Below are positions 1 to 10,900 of a stretch of 64,000 nucleotides of DNA, piece after piece. The translations under genes were made by a program, and so were the position numbers. The notes under the pieces are model-generated. The model had not been told where the DNA came from and ran no database searches. It saw nothing but the letters and a program-made list of their open reading frames with translations. Within the stretch, counting starts at the first letter, position 1; every line of letters begins with the position of its first letter. The stretch comes from Cyanophora paradoxa CCMP329 (lineage: Eukaryota; Plantae; Glaucophyta), in contig QPMI01000534.1 of NCBI GenBank assembly GCA_004431415.1, positions 124,001-188,000 of the forward strand. Reading direction: 5' to 3'.

Positions 1-3000
1 GGGACGGGGGCGGGGGCGGGGTCCGCGCCTGTTCCAGAGGGCCATCACCGCGTCCCCACGTACCTGCCCGGGTTGTATAGGGGCGGGGGGGAAGGGGGAG
101 GAGGGGGGAGGGGGAGGAGGGGGGGAGGGGAGGAGGGGGGAGGGGGGAGGGGGGAGGGGGAGGGGAGGGGGGATGGGGGAGGAGTGGGAGGGGGAGGAGG
201 GGGGATGGGGAGGAGTGGGAGCGCGCAGGTCTCCGGCCAGTGGATAGATAGCCTTAGGTGGCTTATAATTAGGCGGGGCGGGGGCGGGGCGGGGGCGGGG
301 CGGGCTTGTCGACGGTGCCGCCCGTCGCAGAGACGGCGTCCGTCACGACCCCCATGAACTCCTGCGGTAATGCTCAGACGGTAATGCTGCGGGTGGGGGG
401 TGGGGGGGCATGTCCTGCTGGGCTAGGTTAGGCTTAGGCTAGGCTAGGTTAGGTGGGGGGCGGGCGGGCGGGCGGGGGCGCGCGTGGAGCATGTAGACGA
501 GTTGGGAGGGGCCCAGCTGCTCCGTCTGCGGGCGGGGTGCGGGGGGCGGGGGGCGGGGCCCACGCGTGAGGCGGGCCGCGATCGAGATCTGGCTCCGAGG
601 CCTCGAGCTCGAGCTGGATCTTTCGCGCCGGATGGGCGACGCACGAGGGTCGTGAATCCTGCGAGAATTCGCATTTGTGTTTAGATGACCGGCTCGAGGA
701 GGGCACGCATATATAAATATAACGGGGAATCTAAGAATATGGGGCTCTAGCCCTCTGCAGCAGACATGCTATGTGCACCTGCAATGTCGGCGAACATAAC
801 TGCGAAAGTCGAAGAGAAACGTCACGAAGGTTTAATCACGCCGGCGATCGCGACCGGGGCGGCCCGGAAGCAGCGAGGGCACCGGAGACGTCGTTGGCCT
901 CGAGGTCGACGGAGGGGTTCCCGTCCCCGCCCAGCAGCCCCTCCACCACCTGCGCCCACCGGCAGCGTCAGGGACAGGGGCGGGCGCGGCAGGCGCGGGG
1001 GCGGGGGCGGGGGCGCGCGCCTCGCCGGGGACGTAGCGCTTGATGGAGCGGAGGCCTGCGAGACGCCGCGAAAATCTCAACATCATTACGTAGACGGCGT
1101 CAACGGCGCGAAATCGGGTCCGGCGGCCGCGTACCGGCTTCGAGGGCGAGGCAGGCCTCATGGCACAGAAAGACCTGCGGCGCTCCACGAGCTCGAATCT
1201 TGAACTTGGCCTCAGGGCCTAAGCTTTATTTCATGACCATAGAAGCTAAGCTTAATAAACTCAGATATTTAATTTATCCTCTTCGTTCGAGATCTAGAGG
1301 GGGTGCGGGGTCGCGGCGCTCGCGGCCGCGGGCCTCTGAGATGCGGAGGCCGGCGGATTGGAAGGCCGCTCGCAGGGCCGCCCGGCAGCCGCGAACGCTC
1401 CAGTCGGGCCTGCGCCATGCGCGCGTACTGAAATTACAGGCGAGCTGGAGAGATCGCGTTTGAGAAAGCTATATCGTCAGTGCGGGTGATCGGGAAAGGG
1501 AGGGGGCCCGGCCCACCCGCCGTGGCGATCGCCGAAGGCGGCGGCGGTGCAGCCGGCGCAGCCCTCGTGGTCCGCGTCGCCGCAGGGGCGCGAGAGGCTC
1601 CCGCTGATGACCGTCACCCGCTCGCCGGACCCGGCCCCGGAACCAACCTCGGTCCCCGGCGGCGCTGCCGCGGCGCCGGCGCCGCCGCCAGCGCCAGCGC
1701 CGGCGACCTCGTCCGCCGGCAGGGTCGAGGAGCCGGTCGAGGCGGCGATGGGGTGCTGGTAGGGCGGCGCGGCGAAGGGCAGCGTGGAGGCCGGGGGCGG
1801 CAGCGCCGAGTCGCCCTCAACGAGGGTCTCCGGCAGGAGCGCCGGGGCCGAGGCGCGCCGCCGGAGCGAGAAGAGCGCCGCCGCCGCGCTGCTCGCGGGG
1901 CCGGCGCCTTCGCCTCCACCCCGCCCGACCCGAGCTCCGGGCGGAGGCGGAGGAGTGGGCGTGGCGGGCGATCCAGTCACGCACGGAGCTGCGGCGGCGG
2001 TGCCGGGGGCCGTGGCCGTGGCCGCGGCTGCCGCGCCGGCCGTGGCCGGTGGCGGCGCCGCCGCTCGCCGCCGACGACGCCGTGGACTGGGCGGGACCGG
2101 AGCGGGACGGTGGAGGGCCGGAGCTGGAGGGTGGGGGTCCGGGGCTGGGGGGGGAAGGCCCCGAACTCGGGTGAAGGCCCACGACCATGGGGGCCGACGG
2201 GACGGGGCCCGGGCTCGCGTTGGCCTCGAGCTCGGAGTGTGCGCGGGACCCGCGGCGCCGGGCGGCCCCGCGGATCTTGACGGGCAGACAGAAGCAGTGC
2301 CACCCCGCGCTGCGGGGGCCCGAGTCCAGGCCCGGAGGCGATCGCGAGTGGGAGTCGCGACGACGGCCGAAGAAGCTGTGCCAGCCGCCGCCGCCCCCGC
2401 CGGGGCTGGCGCCGCCGCCGCCGGGGCCGGATGCGGATCCCGGGGGCGGGTGGCCCGGAACGGGCCCGGGGGCGGGGGGCTGCGGGTGGGAGTTGCGGCG
2501 GCCGTGCGGGCACCCGACCCCGCCCACCGCGCGGAACAGCATCTGCGCGGACACCGGCATCGGCTAGAGATCGAACTCTAGATGCAAAGCTTTATGATTA
2601 GAGGGGGCGGCAAGGTATCCAGTCTAAAATAGCCCAACTTGCAAAGAACGATCACAAACGGAGATCCAGAACTTTATCAAAGCTCTTTTAGATGGACGCT
2701 AGCGCCCAGGCGTAGCCATACAGCTAGGTGGAACATAGGCTTAGCGATACGTACATCGACCCCGAGCGAAAACCGAGGGGGCCGGGGGCGCGGGAGGGCG
2801 GGCGAGGGGGCGGACGCGGTGCAGGTGGGCGGCGACGTTGCGGAGGGGGCGGGTGACGAGGTAGGCGAGGGCGGCGGAGGCGAGGCAGACCGCCACCGTC
2901 CACACCGCCCCGAAGATCACCCCCACGTTCGACTGCGGGGCAGAGACCGAACTCAGCAATGGAGTGCCGGGACGTTGCTCTGCTGTTAGAGAAAGGTTAG

Positions 3001-5680
3001 AAGGTTAGAGACTAAAACGCGAAATTCAAGGGCGTGCGCCCGCTTTAAGGAGGTCTCGCCCTCGGAAGAAAAGGAGGGCAGAGCGCTTTGGATTCCCCAA
3101 ATTCGAAATTAAATGAGATCAGATTAACGTTAGCGCGCACGGCGCGGTGGACTTCGGCGAGGAAGTCGTCCTCGTCGACGCCGAGCCAGAGGGACCAGCG
3201 CGGCCCGCCCTCCGCCGCGATCACCGGCGTCCGGCCTGCGCGAATTCAAAGCGAAGATGACTTCTGTCCAAAGGACAAGAAGGAAGCAGGCTTCAAGAGG
3301 GGCGGGGCGGACAGGAGAGGACGCCGTCGTCCTCGCGCAGGAGGACGGGGTGCCCGTACGCGAAGTCGCTGCGGAAAGCACGCACGCGTCAAAGTTTTGC
3401 GTATGCGCGCGGAAGCGCTTCGGTTAATTTCCAATTGCAAGGCGCTAGAGCGTCCGGACCAGCAAGCTTAAGGGGGAGGGGGCGGGGGCGGCGTGCGCAC
3501 CTGACGGAGCCGGGGGCGGCGGCCTGGACCTCGCCGTGGATGCGGCCGGCGACGCGGTAGAAGGCCTCTCGGCTCTCCCCCGCCGGAACGGGCCGCCCGT
3601 CGGGCCCGTACACCCACGCTGCAGACGATGAGAGATGAAAGAATCGCGTTAGGAAGAATCTAGATCTGTCTTATCGGACAATTTTGTCCGGGGCGGCTGC
3701 CGCCCGACCTAATTATAAGCCAAGCCATCTCAGGCTATCCCGAGATGGCCCTCCTCGCCCCAGAACGGAAGCCTCAGGCGTACAGCCAAGCTTAAGGGCG
3801 GCCAGGAAGGGGCGGGTGGGGCCGGGGGCGGGGCGCACCGTTGGGGTCGGGGAGGGAGACGGCGACGAGGGTTCCGTCGGCGTCGTCCGTCATCCACGCC
3901 CGGAAGCCCACCGAAGCCCGTATGTCCTGGACCCAAATCGAAATCGGAGCAATCGAATTGAATTAGTGATCATCAGGATGACAACGAATTGAACGGCGAA
4001 AACTAGTTATATAGAGCAGCTAGCGCTTTAATTTCGGAATCCGAATTAATTTCTGTAATGAAGATGGAGCTCTTAGAAGCTGCCACACTTGGATATCGCA
4101 TCTATTTCTTCGTGTTTATATATATACCAATTAAAGCGGAGGGCGCGCACCCGCATGAGGAGGTGGAGGCGGGAGATCTCCATCCCCGCCGCCACGACCC
4201 CCACCAGCGACCCGTCCTCCCTCTGTCCGGCCAGGCCCCACCCAAGCGTCTCGGGGCAGCCCGCGGCCGCGCGCGCGTTCAATATTATTAATGGACGGTA
4301 TATGGTAGTGAGGTCTAGATCTTGATCTAGAGGCGCCCCGCCGGGGATTATGTTCTTATTCAGGTCTTCGATTTTCTAAGCTACGCTTTATTTCAGGATA
4401 CGAATATTCGACTTGGGCCGACTTGACTTGGGCCGCACCGTGATCACGCGGGTGGTGAGGAGCGCGCGGGGCTCCTTCACGCGCTCCGCCATGAAGACGG
4501 CGTCTTTTACGAAGTTAATCGTAATCGTGAAGTAATTATGTTTATGTGTGATAAAGAAGAGAGGGCGCGCTGGGGGCGGCGGCGAGGGCGGCGCGGTACG
4601 AGGCGGTCTCGTTGAAGGGCCGGTCCTCGAACAGGTTCGGCGGTACGTCTGCGGGATCGAAATATAAGATGAATTATAATTAGCGTTCGGACTGACCGAC
4701 GGCGCGCTCGATGTCGCCGGAGGGCAGCACGAGGAAGCTCAGGACGGCGGGCCGCCCTGCGATATCAAATTAAAGCGCCTTCAGCGGAATTTAATTTGCG
4801 GACCGGGCGGGGCGGAGGGGTCTGGGATCTGGAAGAGCAGGCGGCCGGGGACGCTGGCGGGGCCCAGCGTGAATTTGCGCAGCACGATCTGCTCGCCGTT
4901 CGGGAAGCCGACGCCAATCCCCTCCACGCCCGCTTCGAGCCCAAATCCGGCGCGAAATTGAAGCGTAAGTATCAAAGAGCACAGCGGGGGGCCGGCCGAG
5001 CGGGGTGGCGGCTGCGCACTGGCGTTGTAGACGGCCATCCAGCGCCGCGCGAGGCGCTCCCAGGCGCGCATGTCCCGGGACGCGCCGGCGCCGACGGGGG
5101 CGGCAAAGAGCATGTAGGAGTCCTGCACGTGCTCCATCGCGTCCACCAGCGGCGCGAAGACTTTCCTTTAGATAGAAGATATTAGTTGCATACGTAGTTA
5201 TTACATTTAAACGCTTCATGATCAGCTTAATTTGATCTGGGGCGCGCGCGCGGACCGCTGGAGGTACTCGGCGGCGCCGAGGCACGTGTTGCGGCGGAGG
5301 GCGACGGAGATGGAGGCGACGGACTGCGACGAGACGGAGCGGAAGACGAGGAAGGCGACGAGGGCGCTGACGCCGGCCGCGAGGACGGCGAGAGTGACGA
5401 TGAGGGCGGCGAGCGGGACGGTGCGCGTGTGGTGGAAGCGCTCGGAGCAGAGCTCGTCGACGGCCGAGCCGGGCTCTCCCACCGACTCGCGGTCGCGCTC
5501 ACCGGCGGCCGACCGCGAGCCCGAGACGGCGGCGTACAGATCGTGCTCCGGATCGTGCGGTCCGTCGAGCGAAGCCGGCGCCGCGCTCGCCTCAGGGATC
5601 GGCGAAGGTGGGCGGCGGGCTGCAGCTGCCGCGGGCCCCGGCCCCGGCGCCGGCGCGCGGGGGGAGGGAGGGCCTCGCAT
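1..5680 (-). CDS. Membrane sensor class III adenylyl cyclase (TM-extracellular domain-TM-split HAMP-like-cyclase); multi-exon, 3' end beyond window
   Basis: Manually spliced exons give LRSIKRYVPGE|VVEGLL..DVSV|MFADIAG|FTTL|TEQLGPSQLVYMLH|EFMGVVTDAVSATGGTVDK|YVGDAVMALWN (about 1055 down to 30). Both metal-binding Asp residues and the ATP-selecting Lys are present. TM1 is at ~5350-5420; TM2 plus VTRPLRNVAAHLHRV is at ~2815-2930. Confidence 0.88.
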
Positions 5681-6172
5681 GATGAAAAGTCGACTTCGCA
5701 AGCTCGGCCGAGAGGCGAATTCGACGCGCGGAGCGATCGGTCCACCGGCGCAGAATGCGTATGCTTAATTACAGCGACTCACTCCCCGGGAAAGCGGCGC
5801 TCGCGCTGCTCCGCCGCCGACTAAGCTTGCGAATCTGCGAGCTCATGCTTCTCTAATTATCTGCGAGCTCGAGCTTCTCTATTACTCCCCTCTCCCTAGC
5901 CGCGATAGTAAGCTCTCCGGATCCCTTGACATCGATCTCCAGCCTCGTCCCGAGTCCGAAGGTCCACCGAACACTCGCGAAAAAAATTGCGTGTGTTCGA
6001 ATTCTCGCGCCCTCGAGCGCTAGCTATCAGCTACGAGCGGTAGCACAGCAAGCCCGCCTAGGCCTCCGATCCCAGCTTGCGTGCGTAATATTACTGTGTG
6101 ATTTTGAAGAGGGAACGAGAGCAGCGCTAGCTAGCTACAGTAGTACAGCGGACCGCAGTTCCTGCAAATGAT

Positions 6173-7019
6173 CTACGAAGAGCCTTCCTCGGCTTCAGCT
6201 GGACCCGGAGGGAAGTAGGATAAATCTGCTCCGAGAGCGCAAAAAAGCTCCGAGTCAGCTGCAGACTCGACCGCGGTCCGACAACGGTTACGTAAAGCAA
6301 ACACCGCGCACCCTTCGTCTTGATATCGGGGTTCTCGAGCTCCTCGATCTCTTCCTCGCCCTGTGCTTTCGCGCGGCGCTCTGAGGCGCCGCGAAAAATG
6401 ATCGAACACAAGGCTGAACAGCGCGGCTGAGCGGCGCATGACGCACGAGCGTGGGCTTTCTTCGCCTGGGCGTTGCCGCCGATGTTCACGCCGGCTTCGT
6501 CCCTTCCTGCGCGAAAATTCGATCGGAGCGCAAAATCGCCGCCCGCGAATTACGCAAACTCGCCCATGCGCGCAATGCCCCCCTCGCCCTTTGTGTTGTC
6601 CTCGAGAGACTCGGCGCGGGTGTGCGCCTGCGCCACTGCGTAAGGCAGGGCGCGAAAACTGCGCCGCACGGATCCCGGAGCGCGCACGATGCGCTCGCCC
6701 TCCTTTTCGCGGTGCCTGCGCCGCGAAATCCAATTCGCGACGCGCACCAGCGCGAATAGCGGGCCCAGCGCACCGATGCGCCTTCTCCTTCGGCTCCTCC
6801 CCTGCGAAAGCGCCCACAGGTGCAGGCTGCTCGGTGCCGCCTGCGAAACCAACATGAGATGCGGGCGCACGCTACTCTAGATCTCCTGGGCGCGATGGCG
6901 CGACCCCAGGCTCGGAAAACGTCGGCGCGCCCGCTAGCGCTGGCGTCCCGGCCCGCACCCTTGACATCGTCCTCGGGCTGCTTGCCGTACGGGCCGGTCT
7001 CCTTGCTGCGCGTCGACAT
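6173..7019 (-). CDS. Small, highly charged hypothetical protein built from short exons (hydrophilin-like); possibly pseudogenised
   Basis: ATG at 7019 (MSTRSKETGPYGKQPEDDVK), then short exons bounded by gtgcg.../...cag: GTEQPAPVGAFAGEEPKEKAHR, HREKEGERI, RDEAGVNIGGNAQAKKAHA, RRAKAQGEEEIEELENPDIKTK, EAEEGSS*. No family recognised. Confidence 0.45.
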
Positions 7020-7034
7020 CGATATCGCTTTTCA

Positions 7035-7730
7035 AGTTTTGGATTATCTCGCTCTACTAGGCTAGATCTGGCCGGATCCTTTGAATTCGCTCTTTTCCGA
7101 AGTGCCCTCGGGGCTCTCGGGGTCTCTTTATAATTTGGCCTCTTTTCGCCCTCTTCCGCCTCTTTTCAAGTTTCCCCCTCTTTCGCTTTCAAGTTTTCTC
7201 CTTTCAATTGCAATCTACGAGGTGTTGCTCTTCAAGCTCAGCGGCTTTCAGAATCTACTCTCAAGCTCGAGCTCGCCTCGATCTCTCCACAATCTTCGAA
7301 TTAATTCGGCGGCCGCGGCCCCGGGGGCGCACCCCGCCTCCTTCTCTCTCTGGACACACCTTGATCACATCCTAGCCTCGCGAGTCGAGCTCTAGATCTT
7401 TTTTTTATTTTGGATTATCTCGCTCGTTCGTTCTCCGGATCGCCCTCGGGGCCTCTTTCGCCTCTGCCCTCTTTCGCTCTTCTTTCGCTTTCCTCCTTTC
7501 AATCGCAATCTCCTCTTCAAGCTCAGCGGCTCGCAAAATCGATTTATAAGTTATATCTACTCTCGAGCTCGCCTCGATCTCCCCTCCTCCCAAGTCGCCC
7601 AGGAATCCCCACTGCCAGTCGAATGCGCCCCGCAGGGACGAGACGAGGTAGTGCTCGGGCGGGGGCGGCGGCGCCCCGCCTCCCTACCCCCTTCTCTAGC
7701 CTCGAGCTCGCCGAGTCGAGCTCATCTTAT
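7035..7730. repeat. Diverged local tandem duplication (~7035-7400 vs ~7408-7730)
   Basis: Shared blocks ttttggattatctcgct, ttcaagctcagcggct, tcgagctcgcctcgatctc and gagtcgagctc occur in the same order. Confidence 0.75.
7586..7676. repeat. 91 bp copy of cyclase last-exon sequence 8044-8134
   Basis: The sequence cctcccaagtcgcccagg...gcggcggcgccc is identical by eye at both sites. Confidence 0.9.
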
Positions 7731-7913
7731 GCCAGCCATCGATTTGATTCGATCAAGGCCATCAAGGGCACACGCTCTAGCCATATCAAATGCACTCTCT
7801 TAAAACATACAGTAATACGCATAAGGTGAATTAAGATAACAAAATCAGACTCCCTTAGGCTAGCTAGCACGAACAGGAAAGAACTAGAGCGCACACTGTA
7901 CAGAAACGCTCAC

Positions 7914-10900
7914 TCATCGGCTCGGGATCTGAGCGGCGGGGCCCGGGGCGGCCGGGCGCTGGGGGGTCCACGTGGAGAGGCGGCGGGACTGGCCGGAGAG
8001 CAGCGGCTCGCGGCCGGCCCCGCCCGCGGCGCCCGCCGCCCCGCCTCCCAAGTCGCCCAGGAATCCCCACTGCCAGTCGAATGCGCCCCGCAGGGACGAG
8101 ACGAGGTAGTGCTCGGGCGGGGGCGGCGGCGCCCGCGGCGAGGGGCGCGCCTCGGACGCCGGCGCCGGCTGCGCCCCCGCGGGCGGGGGCGAGAGGAGGA
8201 TGTACGTCGCGACGGCGGCGGCGGCGGCCGCCTCCTCCTCCGCGTCCCTTGGTGCCCCGGCCCCGGCCCCGGCGCCCTCGTCGGCGGGGAAGAGGGCCCC
8301 CGAGGGCCCCGCGGACCCGGGGGCCACGTGAGGCGCCTCCTCGAACGCGTACCCGTCCCCCAGCGCCTCCCGGACCTGCGCGAGCTATGTTTAGAACGCA
8401 TTTGAACGCAGAGAAGGAGGAAAGGGCGGATCCGTACCGAGTCGGAGATGCGGATGCGGCCGGGCTCGCAGGCGGCGCAGAGGCGCGTCGCGTGCGAGAG
8501 GGCGTGCCCGAAGAGCTCTGCAGGGAGGACGGGCGGAACGGGTCGGGAGAGGCCGAGGATCGAGCAGGGCGGACAGCTCAGAGGGGAGTTGTCGAAGCGG
8601 ATTATTCGTATTATCATTATTATAATTCTTCTAAGACGGGCGAAAGGCCGCGGCGGGAGATGTCTGGCGGAGCTCATCTGAGCGGAGAGGGGGGGGGGCG
8701 GACCGTAGCGGGGTAGGGTGATGCCGACGAGGCCGCCGACGAGGGCGGAGCGGGCGATGCCGACGCGCATCTCCAGCTCCGGCCGGTTCACGTGCGTCAC
8801 CTGCGCCCAAGCGCAAGGAGGAGGAGCGGCGTCAGCCACCGAGGAGGAGGATCTTCAGGGGGCGGCGCGGGGTGGAAGCCAGGCCTTCGGCCGCTCTCTT
8901 CTAGAATTGGGGCGGGGCGGGGCGGGGCGGACCCGCTTGCGGAAGACGTGGCGCATCTCGAGGGCGAAGTTGGCGACGCGCACCGCCGCCCCGTCCGCCT
9001 CCTCCCGCCCGCCCTGCAGCCGCGTGAGGGGCGCAGAGGGAAGTGAGGGGCGGGGCGGGGCGGGCCTTGGTGGGCTCGTGGGTGAGGGGCGCCCCCGCCG
9101 CCACCACGTACACGTCCCCCAGGCTCCACACCTGCCGCCGAACACAGTCAGCCGTGAGGACTTCGAAGCGCTGAAGGCCTCTAGACACGAAGAAGGCCCC
9201 TGGGTAGGGGCGGGGGGCAGGGAGCGGGGGCGGGGGCCCGTGCCTTGTGGAGGCGGTGGGAGGCGAGGAGGGAGTCGAAGGAGTCGAGGAGGACGTGGAG
9301 GAGGCCCGCCGTGCGCCGCGCGTCCCCGATCTCGTTCACCCCCGCCACGTCGCACACCTGCGAGGCGGGAGGGAGGCGGGTCAGAGTCAGGGGGCGGGGG
9401 GCCGGGAAGCGCGGGGAAGCGCGGAATCGTCTAGGCCGGGCCGGGCGGGCGGAAGAGGGCGGCGGATTTATGCTCTCCTGCCCGCCGCCGTCCGCCCTCC
9501 TCTCCCTCCCGCCTGTAGCAGAGCGGAGAGGAACCAAAGGCTCTAAAGCGGATTTATGATCTCCTGCCCACCGCCCGCCACCCGCCACCCGCCGCCCTCC
9601 TCCCCTCCGCCCAGGCCGTCGGGCTCTAGAGCAGGCTCTAGAGCGCGGAATCGTCTAGGCGGGGCCGGGCGGGGCGGGCCGGAGAGAGAAGGGGGCGGAA
9701 TCGGGGTCGTGAAGGCTCACCATGACGACGCCGTCGGGTACGGACTCAGCGGGGAAGGTGCGCCCCCGCATCAGCCGCTCCGTCACCCGCTCCGGCAGCA
9801 TCGACCCCAGCAGCCCCGCCGACGCACGCTCCTGCAGAGGCGCGTGAGAAAGGCGGAGGCAGAGGAGGGAGCGAGGGGGAGGGGCGACCTCGGAGCGGAG
9901 GCGGGCGCGGAGGATGAACTGCGTGCGCTCCGCCGCCTCCGTGTGCCACGCCAGGTACAGGAATGCCAGCCGCCTGCGGGGCGGGCGGGCGGGCGGGCGG
10001 GCGCGGTCAGAAATCAGAGATGACATGATCCATTAGGCTGTCGATCCGTTAGGCTGTCCGTTAGAGGGGCCCGCGGGGATGGGCGGCGAGCCGCGGCTGT
10101 CCTCTCTAGAATCTCTTCGCAAAGAGTGAGGTTCGTATACGGCGGGGCGGGCCTAAACTCGCTTTTACGGATCTCATCTCTAATCTCTTGTCTCGCGTCG
10201 GATCTGATTTCTCTAGAATGCGATCTTTCCTTCTTGGGGGCGGGGCGGGGCGGGGCGGGGCGGGGCGGAGCTCAATGGCGTTTACTGGATTTGATTTCTC
10301 TAGCATGTAATCTGTCCTTTTCAAGAGGGGCGGGGGCGGGGCGGGGCGGGGCGGACCGTATGGCGCCGGTGATGAAGTCGATGGGGCGGGGGAAGGGCGC
10401 CCCCCCGGGCACGGGCACCGGCACGGGGCGCCCCGCGAGGAGCGCGTCCGAGAAGCGCCGCGGCGCCCCCAGCGCCACCCCGAACTGCAAAGAAAGGCTC
10501 GTTCGGTCAGAAGCACATAGAAAGGAAAGGATAAATGAATCAATTAAGGAGGGACCTGGAGGGCGGCGGTGGCGGCGGTGACGGCGGCGTAGTGGGGGAA
10601 GGGGAGGCGCAGGACGTAGCACGCAAACTCCACCACCGAGACCGACGCCTGTGGGTGAGGAGGGGGACTCAGCGGCGGGCCGGCTATAGCTAGTGCCGCT
10701 GGCTTCGCTTTGCAGCGTCGTGCAAGGATAAAGCGCCGCCGAGGCGGGCGGGCTAGCGTTCTCCATAGTTCGGGTGCCGCATCCATCCAGAACTAGAGGG
10801 CGGGGCGGGGCGGGGGCCGCCTGACCTCGAAGATGTCGGCGGGGGCGAGGGCGTGGACGGCGGCGAAGAGGGCGGCGTGCAGCGCCACCGCCAGCACCAG

